Assembly (NCBI GenBank): GCA_016839945.1
Contig: JAEOTE010000038.1
Location: 1-36,308 of the forward strand
DNA length: 36,308 bases
From: Candidatus Heimdallarchaeota archaeon
GTDB lineage: Archaea; Asgardarchaeota; Heimdallarchaeia; Heimdallarchaeales; Heimdallarchaeaceae
Direction: 5' to 3'
Each line of letters opens with the position of its first letter. The first letter of the stretch is position 1. The notes beneath the pieces were generated by a model that searched no databases, was not told where the DNA came from, and was given only the letters and a program-made list of their open reading frames with translations. Positions 16,672 through 27,345 of this stretch are shown here, piece by piece. The position numbers were made by a program, and so were the translations under genes.

Positions 16672-17355
16672 TTATCTCCTTTTTATATAAAGAACAGAAG
16701 ATGCTATAATCCCAAATCCAATTGGAGCTACTGCGAAAATAATCCAAGCCCAAGTGTTAGAGATTTCTTTTCCAATTCTCCAATCAGGTAGAAGAGGATT
16801 GATTTCTATTTCCTCTGATTCAAAAGTTACTTCTAAACCACTTCTACTTTCCAATTCCTGAAAATCTGTCCAATTGTCATAATATGTCATATGAACTCTA
16901 GGTAGTATTGCACGAGTTTCTTCATTTGAGGTAAGATTGTAGAAGAAAACGAATTTTGTATCATAAACAATTTCTGATACATTGAATTCTAAATACTTAT
17001 TTGTCATATAACCGTATGTTATGTCTGTTGGAGTAAAACCATATTCAGATGAAGATTGTATTGTAGTTTCTAAAGTAACATTTTCATCTGTTAAATAACC
17101 AAAAATACATGAATTGAAGTAAATATGATTAACTTCTGTTATATTTAGAGAAATTGTTATGTTTGTAATAGTATAATTGAGATAATTTTTGATATTAATT
17201 GCAACTAATAGGTCTGTTCCCTCATCCACAGATTCAATTAAATTTTGTTGATCTAGGATTAATATATCTGAGGGGATATAAGATGAAGCTGGTTGTATAA
17301 ACAAGAAAGCTGATGTAAACAAAGTCAGTATAAGTATTATGTTTATTTTTCTCAT
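16672..17355 (-). CDS. Type I membrane glycoprotein, TRAP-beta/BatD-like Ig-fold domain
   Basis: Signal peptide; VDEGTDLLVAINIKN like TRAP-beta AVEGRDLTLQYNIYN; LPRVHMTY like FTSATITY; C-terminal TM plus KRR; 7 N-X-S/T sequons. Confidence 0.55.
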   Translation of the reverse strand: MRKINIILILTLFTSAFLFIQPASSYIPSDILILDQQNLIESVDEGTDLLVAINIKNYLNYTITNITISLNITEVNHIYFNSCIFGYLTDENVTLETTIQSSSEYGFTPTDITYGYMTNKYLEFNVSEIVYDTKFVFFYNLTSNEETRAILPRVHMTYYDNWTDFQELESRSGLEVTFESEEIEINPLLPDWRIGKEISNTWAWIIFAVAPIGFGIIASSVLYIKRR

Positions 17356-17433
17356 CGCTTATTCTCCTTGAAAGCATAAAAAGTGAGCTCGTTTTTAACT
17401 TTAACTCTTGATGTCAGAGTCTTTCAATTACTC

Positions 17434-18153
17434 TTAATTTTGTATAAGAGCTAATGTGTTCTGGTATGCTCTCACTATATCAACATTTTCCAAAATTGTA
17501 GCTTTAGCCACAAGTTCAGGGAGTTGTGAGTTAATCCAGTTCATTGTGTCTTCCATATTCTTTCTCATAATAGGGTCTGTTTTTCTGTAGATATCAACAA
17601 GATTATCGAAATTTACTGAATTGTTAGAATCGATAACTTCTAACCAACTTTTCAGTGTTTCAATTCTTTGAGTAGGCATGACAAATTCAATTGTTTTGCT
17701 TAAGTTGTTTGTTATAACAATGCCCTTTACTTTGACTGGCATAAGAGAAGTAAATTTTCCTCCTAGTTGCGATCGAAATAGTAAAGCAAGTATTTTTGTT
17801 TTGTCATTAATCCTTATTCTTTCACAAATATGATCATAATCAACCATTGTAGAACCAAAAAATATCTGTGTATTTTCATGCTGAATATTTAATGCTGATC
17901 TTTTCTCAATTGAAGGCCCATAATCTTCCTTATGAAACCTAAGAGAAATTATACTTGGTAAATCCTGTGAAAGCTTTTCCAATACTTTGTCAATTTCACC
18001 TTCTATAATCAAATCATCGCCAGAAAAAGAATAACGTGGATCAAATATTCTTTTTATTATGATTGATTCCTTATCTAAAGCGGAATAAAGTTCTTCAAGG
18101 GTTTCAATATTCAGTGATTTTTGAGATATTCTTATCATAGCTGTTTTAATCAT
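17434..18153 (-). CDS. Hypothetical protein (possible N-terminal ACT/ferredoxin-like domain)
   Basis: Full-length ORF 13 nt downstream of polB with AAAGGTAG upstream; no recognised catalytic motif. Confidence 0.7.
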   Translation of the reverse strand: MIKTAMIRISQKSLNIETLEELYSALDKESIIIKRIFDPRYSFSGDDLIIEGEIDKVLEKLSQDLPSIISLRFHKEDYGPSIEKRSALNIQHENTQIFFGSTMVDYDHICERIRINDKTKILALLFRSQLGGKFTSLMPVKVKGIVITNNLSKTIEFVMPTQRIETLKSWLEVIDSNNSVNFDNLVDIYRKTDPIMRKNMEDTMNWINSQLPELVAKATILENVDIVRAYQNTLALIQN

Positions 18154-18166
18154 CGAAATCTACCTT

Positions 18167-20920
18167 TTATTTAAACCAAGTATCAAGCGATTTTTGACCT
18201 TCTATCGATTCTTCCCAAGAGATTCCTATCGTATCTATTAACTGAATTAAAGTGGATTTAAGTAATTCTTTAACTTTAGGAATATCTACATCAGTCTTAG
18301 CCGCTAATTGGATTGGTTTGACTGAGCACTCATTTGATCCTATGATTTTATCAGATAATTGAATAGGGAAATTTTGAATTTTAAAGGATTTGGTCTTAAT
18401 AAAACTAATTACACTACCTATATTCGGCTTTTCACCTTCAGGATAAGCTTGCATCAATTGTATTGCAGCTTGTAAAGGTTGTGTCCAGCTATCATATTGT
18501 TCAAGTCTTTTAGAGAGTGTTACACTTATAGCTAAGTCTCCCAAATCAAATTCTCTCTTTGATATTTTTCTCATTTGTTCTTGAATTATTTTCACAATTT
18601 TTTTCTTAGCTTCCTCTAGTTCATCTTGTGTTTGCACTTCAGAAAGAATTGCTAAAGCTTCTTCAAAAGGCTTCTTTGCTAATAAGGGGGTATTCTTCTT
18701 CTTTCCCATTAGTCCTTTAACAATAGGAGAACCTCTCGTTGTTATGCCGAAATAATTCTTTTTTCTAACAGAAAGACCACAATATCTGAAAACATAGTCT
18801 GTTGAGAGTTCTATTTGAAAAGTATTCATGCTCCATTCTTCTAATTCCTTGATATCTTCAGATTTTGGTTCAAGTACAAAAATACTATCTGTATCTCCAT
18901 AAAGAACTCGAAGTCCCAACTTTTCTTCACAGTATTGTTTTGTTTTAGAAATTGCTTCTCTTGCCAATGCTGCAGTGGATTCAGCAACTGGTGGGCAATA
19001 TAAAGCAAAATTATCGGAGCCAAACACACCATAACTTGCATTAAGTAGAACTTTCAATGAAGACTGTATAACATCACTTAGATTTCTTTCATCATCACTT
19101 AGATTTTTATCTTTTGCTCTGTCTTTAAACCAATATACCCTTATATCTCTAATAAAGCCAACTAACATCGAACTAATTCCGGGATTCTGGACACAAACCC
19201 AATGGTTCGTTTCTGGTATTTTATTAGATTTGCATTCTTCATGATTACAATTTATTGTCTCATATGAAAGATTTCGAGTTTTAATTATTGATGGGTAAAG
19301 TGATGCAAAATCCAAGACATGAACATTCCACCAAACTCCTGCTGCTGGTTCTATAACAATAGCTCCTTGATACTTCTTCCCTTTAATTATTGCTTCTGTT
19401 GTTGTATCTCCTTTAAGTTGCAGAATATCGACAGGTCTTGGTATCAAGTACTCTCGAAGACGATGCTCATAGTACATCCAATTTTGTATCCAAATACTTA
19501 CACTTGACCTTGTAAAATCATCAATTGGCATTTTCGTGATTCGAGATAACATGAAAATAAGTTCCATTGCTTGATTATTGTTATAAGTAGTTAATTCTAT
19601 TGTAATTTCTGCATCTCTGGCATTGTATTTAATTAAATCTTCTAACTCCAAATCCCATATGTCTTTTTCATGTTGCATTTTTTCTTTGCCTAAGAGCGTC
19701 TTTCCTAGTTCATCTAATGTAACTTTATCATAAGCTGCCCCAAAAGCATAAATTCTCATAGCTGGTTGCCTAAAGAATCGATAAAGGTCTATGTGAACCC
19801 CATGAGCTAGATAAACATCTTGTGACCGAGTTCGAACAAATGGTATTAATTTTTCATCAATTTTGAGTTTTTTTGCTCTATTGTCTAAATACAAAAAATC
19901 GAAATTATCACCATTGAATGTAATTATTATTGGATATTTACCAATTTCTTGAAATACAGAAGTAAGTAAATCCTTCTCATTATCAAATTCCTTTATTTCT
20001 GTTTCAATATGCTCTTTGTTTATTTTCCGCTTTTCCTCATTCAGAACAAATACAATAGTTTTGCCTTTATTATTAGTCATTCCTATTGAAATGACTTTTT
20101 CTTCTGCAGCATGAGGATTTGGAATTTTATTTTTTTCACTATGCAATTCAATATCAACTGAACATCGGTTTATATCCGGTATTGAGGCGAAAAACACGGG
20201 CATGTATTGTTCCACTAATTCAATTATCTCTGGCTTTTGTTCATCGAAAATTGTTAGAACCCCCTTTCGTGTTTCCTCGGAAATTTTTGGCTCTATTAGA
20301 ACTAGATTGCCGTCTTTTATTGAATATCGAAGACAAGGAATTAAATTTCTGTCATAAATATAATTTAAATGATATCTAATATTAGCTTCAAAGGAAGGAG
20401 AAATCTTTTCTCTGTAACTATTAGACCTTCCTCCAATCGCTAATGGATTAGTTGCCAAAATTTTAGTTAGAGTAAGTTCTTTTTCTCCTAGAAGGCTTTC
20501 CTTCTTTACAATTTCACACCCTACAAATTCCTTTTGATTAGCTAAGAAACTTTCTACGTCAGCTTTTTTCATCGTTGTAAGTAGATATGGTAGATGATTT
20601 GTATTATCATACCATCTGTAGATTTTTCCATCTTCAGGATTGAACAACTTCACATAAGCTTTCTCTTTCTTACCATCATACTTCACATCTATTAAATAAG
20701 AAGGAGAAAGATTTTTTGGTGAGAGTATAACATACTCACTCCCCTTTTCTTCATTGTTTCTATCTTCGATGTTTTGTTTTTTTACTGGTTTTTTGTCTAT
20801 GCTAGATGCAGATTTCTTCTCTGAAGGAATTTCCTCATCATTTTTCTCATTTTCTTGAAAATAACTAGCTAGATCTCGATTGATACTAGTTTTATTGTTA
20901 TTTTCTTCCATTTCTTTCAC
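18167..20920 (-). CDS. polB1: Family B DNA polymerase, PolB1 type
   Basis: N-terminal DVKYDG..WYDNTNH (PolB1-like); Exo DIE, FNGDNFD, YNARD; Pol KYQGA, DFASLYPS, KVLLNASYG, YGDTDS, KKNY; C-terminal PIP box QKSLDTWF; no intein. Confidence 0.95.
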   Translation of the reverse strand: MKEMEENNNKTSINRDLASYFQENEKNDEEIPSEKKSASSIDKKPVKKQNIEDRNNEEKGSEYVILSPKNLSPSYLIDVKYDGKKEKAYVKLFNPEDGKIYRWYDNTNHLPYLLTTMKKADVESFLANQKEFVGCEIVKKESLLGEKELTLTKILATNPLAIGGRSNSYREKISPSFEANIRYHLNYIYDRNLIPCLRYSIKDGNLVLIEPKISEETRKGVLTIFDEQKPEIIELVEQYMPVFFASIPDINRCSVDIELHSEKNKIPNPHAAEEKVISIGMTNNKGKTIVFVLNEEKRKINKEHIETEIKEFDNEKDLLTSVFQEIGKYPIIITFNGDNFDFLYLDNRAKKLKIDEKLIPFVRTRSQDVYLAHGVHIDLYRFFRQPAMRIYAFGAAYDKVTLDELGKTLLGKEKMQHEKDIWDLELEDLIKYNARDAEITIELTTYNNNQAMELIFMLSRITKMPIDDFTRSSVSIWIQNWMYYEHRLREYLIPRPVDILQLKGDTTTEAIIKGKKYQGAIVIEPAAGVWWNVHVLDFASLYPSIIKTRNLSYETINCNHEECKSNKIPETNHWVCVQNPGISSMLVGFIRDIRVYWFKDRAKDKNLSDDERNLSDVIQSSLKVLLNASYGVFGSDNFALYCPPVAESTAALAREAISKTKQYCEEKLGLRVLYGDTDSIFVLEPKSEDIKELEEWSMNTFQIELSTDYVFRYCGLSVRKKNYFGITTRGSPIVKGLMGKKKNTPLLAKKPFEEALAILSEVQTQDELEEAKKKIVKIIQEQMRKISKREFDLGDLAISVTLSKRLEQYDSWTQPLQAAIQLMQAYPEGEKPNIGSVISFIKTKSFKIQNFPIQLSDKIIGSNECSVKPIQLAAKTDVDIPKVKELLKSTLIQLIDTIGISWEESIEGQKSLDTWFK

Positions 20921-21085
20921 ATCTAGTAGTTTGTTTTAGTATTATAAATCTGTTCAGTGATATCTATGAAATACTAAGATATTGTTCGTGATGTAGTTAC
21001 ATCGAACAGTATTAAAATATTTCATTAGAAAAGATTGGTATTGACTTTGCAATAGTTTTATTTAGTGTTTTATTTCGGTTTATTT

Positions 21086-21520
21086 ATGAAATCTTTTCGT
21101 GATAATATAAAACAAATTCATTACCTTAAATTAGAAAAAGGGGAAGATATACTAGACAGCATAATCAATTATTGTAAAGTAACTAATATCAACTCTGGCG
21201 CTATTATTGGTATAGGTGCTGTGGAAAAAGCTTCTCTTGGTTATTACGATCTCAAATCTAAATCATATCTTACAAACAATTATGATTTTAATGCTGAAAT
21301 TATCAATTGTACTGGTAACATCGCAATTAATAAACAAACAAAAGAATATATCGCACACATTCATATGACAATAGGTGATGATAAAGGAAGAACTTATGGG
21401 GGACATCTATTACCAAATAATCCAATAAGTGTGACTGGGGAGTTCATTATATTCGAAACTACTACAAAGCTTTCTAGAAAAATTGAGAATGAATTTCAGC
21501 TATTACTCCTTGATTTATAA
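21086..21520 (+). CDS. PPC/DUF296 domain protein
   Basis: LKLEKGEDI, GIGAV, EIINCTGNI, HIHMTIGD, GGHL, TGE. ATG at 21086 preferred over GTG at 21065. Confidence 0.9.
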   Translation: MKSFRDNIKQIHYLKLEKGEDILDSIINYCKVTNINSGAIIGIGAVEKASLGYYDLKSKSYLTNNYDFNAEIINCTGNIAINKQTKEYIAHIHMTIGDDKGRTYGGHLLPNNPISVTGEFIIFETTTKLSRKIENEFQLLLLDL

Positions 21521-21616
21521 CTACTTTATTTACAATCAACAATTCGTTTAGATATTATCCTCTAACAAACTTTTAATAATGTGATATGAGTTTATCATAT
21601 TGAAAAAAACATCACA

Positions 21617-22630
21617 GTGGTTGCATTGTCAGATATAATACAAGAAATACTAGAAAGTGGAGCAATATTAGTTGTTAACCCAATGATTTTAGAAACAGAC
21701 CCTGATGATTTTCTTGAGCACTATGGTCACGTTTTAGATACAATAGCTTTAGTTGCAAAAGAAAGATCAGGATACACATTTTATCAAAGCAATAGTGCTC
21801 CTCAAGCTCCAAATAATAGCGTATTTTTCCACTCATTTTGCACGATCGCTGATAATATGGGAATAAAAGTAGATGCTTTCCTTTATGTTCATGGAGATAA
21901 TTTTCTATCTCAAAACACTGACTTCAGAGTAGTAAATAGCGAGGGGGCTACTATTTCCTCATATGCTTGTCCCAGCCAAGAAAATCTAAGCAAATATATA
22001 GCTTCCATTTCTTCCGAAATAGCTCAATATCCTATAACCTCATTAGTTCTTGATGATTTAATGTTGGCAAACAAAAGAACTTGTTTCTGTGATAGATGTA
22101 GAAGAATTTTTGCTAGTAAATGGAACGTAGAAAGAGATTTTAGTTTTGAATTTCTAGAATCCAGAGATTTACTGGTCGACTGGTACGAATATAGATCAAC
22201 CTATATTAATCAAACATTAAGAGAAATAACTGACACAATAAAGAGTCAAAAAAATATTGATATAGCCGTTATAGTTAAAGCTGATAAAGAAACTGAATCT
22301 TTAGCTGGCTCTCCAGAGCATTTTGGTCAAAATCTAGGAGAATTAGCAAAGATAACTAACAACCTAATAATCCATGTTAATCCTTGGAGTGAAAGTTTTC
22401 CTGCTGCAAACAGTCCGGAATATAAGCAAATACTCAACACTATATCTTTGGTTGAGGAATATTCTGGTTCTGGTTTGAAACCTTCTCTCTATTTTTGGAA
22501 CATAAATTCAACAGAGAAATTAAATCTAACAATTAAACTTAAAGATGAGATTAAGGCTGAAAGCTTGTTCATAGAACCTTCTCTTCCACACGATTTTACA
22601 AAAAGAAGAACAATAAATCTTGGGTTTTAA
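21617..22630 (+). CDS. Putative glycoside-hydrolase-like TIM-barrel protein (GHL10/DUF4015/GH42-like) with Cys cluster
   Basis: YACPSQE..EIAQYPITSLVLDD..TCFCDRCRRIF..WYEYR..HFGQN parallels the CP....DGI.LD...C.C..C...F...W..FR...GQD pattern. Confidence 0.55.
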   Translation: MVALSDIIQEILESGAILVVNPMILETDPDDFLEHYGHVLDTIALVAKERSGYTFYQSNSAPQAPNNSVFFHSFCTIADNMGIKVDAFLYVHGDNFLSQNTDFRVVNSEGATISSYACPSQENLSKYIASISSEIAQYPITSLVLDDLMLANKRTCFCDRCRRIFASKWNVERDFSFEFLESRDLLVDWYEYRSTYINQTLREITDTIKSQKNIDIAVIVKADKETESLAGSPEHFGQNLGELAKITNNLIIHVNPWSESFPAANSPEYKQILNTISLVEEYSGSGLKPSLYFWNINSTEKLNLTIKLKDEIKAESLFIEPSLPHDFTKRRTINLGF

Positions 22631-22632
22631 TA

Positions 22633-23970
<1,338 letters not shown>

Positions 23971-23981
23971 ATAGATAGCCT

Positions 23982-24407
23982 ATGATACACCAAGTGCATT
24001 TTTATTATGGTGACAGATTAAGAGCCTTTCATGCAGGATTAGGGATAGTTGTAAGAGCATTAGGTCACTCTATTAATTCAAAAATTCTTTTCTTAGATCA
24101 ATCTTATGAGTGGATTGAGGATATAATTTCTTTGGAAGAAGTTCCAGTAGAAATTATCTCGATTGATGATCATCCTAAAATTCAAGATTTCTTTCTTAAC
24201 GAAATTAAAAAAATTGAAGACACAATCTTTCTTATAGCTAATATTGATTTAATTGTTCAACACAAAGTGTTAGAAATGAAAGAATTGCTTCATTTGTTAA
24301 GTAAGATTAAGGAAAGAAATGAAGTAATACTAACTAGCGAAACAAAATACACAGAATTTGAGAAAATCGCAGAATATGTGAGTTTTATATCAGTTAAAAA
24401 AATGTAA
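23982..24407 (+). CDS. Degenerate CobA/BtuR-like protein lacking the P-loop
   Basis: VHFYYGD-RLRAFH-AGLGIVVRALGH versus CobA VYTGDGKGKTTAALGLALRAAGH; EVILTS..IAEYVS versus EVILTGR..IADLVT. Confidence 0.65.
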   Translation: MIHQVHFYYGDRLRAFHAGLGIVVRALGHSINSKILFLDQSYEWIEDIISLEEVPVEIISIDDHPKIQDFFLNEIKKIEDTIFLIANIDLIVQHKVLEMKELLHLLSKIKERNEVILTSETKYTEFEKIAEYVSFISVKKM

Positions 24408-25187
24408 ATCAACTGCGAAATGACCTATTCTTGGTGAAAGCCATCGAATAAATCGTATTATTTCAATTGTGAAATCGCACTCAATTTTATTGTTTCTTAA
24501 GATGTGATGGATTTTTTCTTCAATATCTTCTTTTCTTATTTGTTTGGTTTGAGTATGGTTTGTTACTTGCCAATGAATAACTCCTGATTTTTCCTTGAGC
24601 GATTCGTAAGCTACTGGGAGTGATTTCTCTGCTTCAAGTGGAAGAGGAAGCAAAACTCTATCTACATTACTAAAGAATAACTTCGGTACTAAAACAAATG
24701 CATCGCCAGAATAAGGGTAGATATTATCTTGGCATTTATTTAGAACTATGTTTTTACATAAATAGTCATATGCTATTTCATTAATTTCGATGCTGTGAAT
24801 TTTGCACGAATGTTGCTTTGTTGAGATAGCTACATCAAATGGTCCAACGCCTGCAAAAAAATTGAGTATTGTCTCCTCCTCTTTAACTAAATTGGCTACT
24901 CTCTGTCTTTCATAACTGAGTTTTGGAGAAAAAAAAGTGTGAATAGGATTTAGCAAAAAGCTATTTCCGTGCTCTCTGTAAGTTGTTTCAAATTCCTCTT
25001 CTCCTAGTAAGAATTTTAGTTCTCTTTTTCTTTCTTTTCCATATATCTTTGAAACCTGGACTAAAACTGTTCTAATGTAAGGGTGTTTTAACATTTTTTT
25101 TCGTGCGAAATCTTCCATTATCTTTGTATCTTCTGTTTCTCTTAAAATCATAATGTGTCCAATAATCTCAAATGGAATACTTTTCAT
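24390..25187 (-). CDS. Trm5/Taw2 (Met-10+) family tRNA-modifying SAM enzyme
   Basis: FEIIGHI, REHG, FFSPKLSYER, NFFAGVGPF, EIN, GDA, DRVLLPLP; lacks the D1 domain. Confidence 0.88.
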   Translation of the reverse strand: MKSIPFEIIGHIMILRETEDTKIMEDFARKKMLKHPYIRTVLVQVSKIYGKERKRELKFLLGEEEFETTYREHGNSFLLNPIHTFFSPKLSYERQRVANLVKEEETILNFFAGVGPFDVAISTKQHSCKIHSIEINEIAYDYLCKNIVLNKCQDNIYPYSGDAFVLVPKLFFSNVDRVLLPLPLEAEKSLPVAYESLKEKSGVIHWQVTNHTQTKQIRKEDIEEKIHHILRNNKIECDFTIEIIRFIRWLSPRIGHFAVDLHFFN

Positions 25188-25203
25188 TTAAACCAGTTTT
25201 AGT

Positions 25204-27345
25204 TTATTTTATTTCACGAATTGATGGTCCTTTATACACAGCTTTATCGAATGCTAACCTTCGCATTGGAGATTGTGTAGTTACTTCTTCATAGTAGTGT
25301 GCCCCTAATCCAGCAATTCTTCCAAAAACAAATACTGCTTTTGCCAATTTGGGATTTATATCCATATCTGCAATAATTGCCCCAATTACCCCATCAACAT
25401 TAATAGGAAGATTCATACCTCTAACTCTAAAGAAGACATCACTCACTAATTTTGAAACAGTAACACACTCTTTTGCGTAACCTGCTTTTTCTGAGAGATT
25501 CCAAAGAACATCCCTTCTTGGATCTCGAGTATGGATGCGGTGACCTAGACCTTCTATTCGTTTACCTGTTTTTATTATCTCTTTCATTATTCTAAAAGTT
25601 GCTTCTTCTAAATCGATATTATTTTCTTTTGCTTTTTCTACAACAGATAAGAAAAATTCTGCTGCTTTCTGTCCAGCACCACCATGAACATCTGTTATTG
25701 CTTGAATTCCTGCAGATAATGCTACCTCGAACGATGTCCGTGTTGATGCAAGAATCAAGGTTGCTTGAGCAGATGGAGGTGTAACACCATGGTCCACACA
25801 TGCTGTAATTATAGCTTCAAGTAATCTGGTTTTTTGCTTCTCCTGTTTTTCTTCACCTACTAATCCTAGATAAATCATATCTGCAAAGGAGATGTTATCT
25901 ATAGAAATCTGATTTAAAACTTCTAGATTATCAAAAATAATCGCTAGATATCTTAAAGCTCTTCCTAAGCTAAACGCTATAATCGCTGATTCATCAGTAC
26001 TTTTTTTCATAAATTCAGATATATGTGAATCAAGAAGTAAACAAGTACCAATTATTTTAGATACGTCAGAATTTGGTGATATATCAAGTCTTTCAGAAAA
26101 TTTCTCTTTTGCAGCTTCTTTTGCTATTTTTTCAAGTTCTTCTATTTTTTCTAAATTTGGAAACTCACCAGTAACTAAAAGATGAGAAGTTTCTAATAAT
26201 CCTTTATTAGCAATAACTTCCTGAAGAGGATATCCTCTTATCAATAAATTATTTGGCATCACATTTGTCACAAGTGTTCCCCAAGTGGGCTCTGGTGGCT
26301 TAGCATTCCATTTTTCTTTCATTTTCTTATAATAATCCTCAATTTCAAAGTATGTTTTATTTAACTTTGATTTCACTACGTCGATCAAGTCTTTTTGGTG
26401 GTTTACAACCGTTACTTCTGCCTTTTCTAAGATCTCTCTTTTTGAATTATATGTTCCATATCTTTGACCTGGTGCAATTACAGCTCCTGCATGACCCATA
26501 GTTTTTCCTTCTGGTGCGTTTGCTCCGGAAATCATAGCAACCAATGGTTTGGTGTATTTTTCAGGATGAGAAATCATATCCTGTGCAAGTATTTCTTCTT
26601 GCATCCCCCCTATCTCTCCAGCAATAACAACTAAATCCGTATGTTCAAAATTCATCACCAATGAGACTAAGTCAATGAACCTGGATCCAATTGCACCATC
26701 TCCACCAACTCCTAATACTCCATTCTGTGAGATTCCTGCACTTGCTAAAGCATCAGATAAGTGATAAAGAATTGCACCACTTCTTGATAATATTGTGACA
26801 CCTTTAGGTCCTACAATGTCATCAACTTGTTGAGCTTGAAAAATATCTGGAAGCATTCCAACTTTAATACTTTCAGGTGGGAAGATTATTCCAGGTGTAT
26901 TTCCTCCAAATAAAATTGTCTTGTGTTTTCTTGCTTCTACTAAAATATCTCTAACATCTCTTAAAGGAATGAACTCTGATATAAGAACAACTATTGGTAT
27001 TCCTGCTTTGATTACTTCAATAGTAGAATCTTTTGCTGTAGAGTAGTGTTTCCAAATACTGGCTACAGCAATATTTGGGTGGTTTTCGACTGCTTCAGCT
27101 GCAGTTTCATATATAGGAATAGTTTCATGTACCTTTGTACCTCCTCTTCCTGGAGCTACACCACAAGTAACATTTGTTCCATATTCCATCATGAGTTGTG
27201 CATGTCTTGTTCCTTGTCTTCCAAGACCTACAATCATTGTTTCAATTGTTTCAGCTTTCGATATCTTCTCCGCTAGATCCGGTCGGACTTGTTTAATTAG
27301 ATAATATAACAACCCTTGGTCAACTGATATTTTTTCAGTACTCAT
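25204..27345 (-). CDS. Acyl-CoA synthetase (NDP-forming) alpha subunit fused to a citryl-CoA lyase/citrate-synthase-like domain (ATP-citrate-lyase-alpha-like)
   Basis: N half: GVAPGRGG, GGNTPG, SRSG, GVGGD, GEIGG, MGHAGA (phospho-His). C half: W.T.VT..PN..IRGY, DHGVTPPSA, HGGAG, GLGHRIH..DPR, NVDG. Confidence 0.85.
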   Translation of the reverse strand: MSTEKISVDQGLLYYLIKQVRPDLAEKISKAETIETMIVGLGRQGTRHAQLMMEYGTNVTCGVAPGRGGTKVHETIPIYETAAEAVENHPNIAVASIWKHYSTAKDSTIEVIKAGIPIVVLISEFIPLRDVRDILVEARKHKTILFGGNTPGIIFPPESIKVGMLPDIFQAQQVDDIVGPKGVTILSRSGAILYHLSDALASAGISQNGVLGVGGDGAIGSRFIDLVSLVMNFEHTDLVVIAGEIGGMQEEILAQDMISHPEKYTKPLVAMISGANAPEGKTMGHAGAVIAPGQRYGTYNSKREILEKAEVTVVNHQKDLIDVVKSKLNKTYFEIEDYYKKMKEKWNAKPPEPTWGTLVTNVMPNNLLIRGYPLQEVIANKGLLETSHLLVTGEFPNLEKIEELEKIAKEAAKEKFSERLDISPNSDVSKIIGTCLLLDSHISEFMKKSTDESAIIAFSLGRALRYLAIIFDNLEVLNQISIDNISFADMIYLGLVGEEKQEKQKTRLLEAIITACVDHGVTPPSAQATLILASTRTSFEVALSAGIQAITDVHGGAGQKAAEFFLSVVEKAKENNIDLEEATFRIMKEIIKTGKRIEGLGHRIHTRDPRRDVLWNLSEKAGYAKECVTVSKLVSDVFFRVRGMNLPINVDGVIGAIIADMDINPKLAKAVFVFGRIAGLGAHYYEEVTTQSPMRRLAFDKAVYKGPSIREIK

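Noticed and set aside
12485-20920. Inteins in RadA or PolB1
   Set aside because: Catalytic motifs are contiguous, with no intein termini or LAGLIDADG motifs; the extra RadA length is N-terminal.
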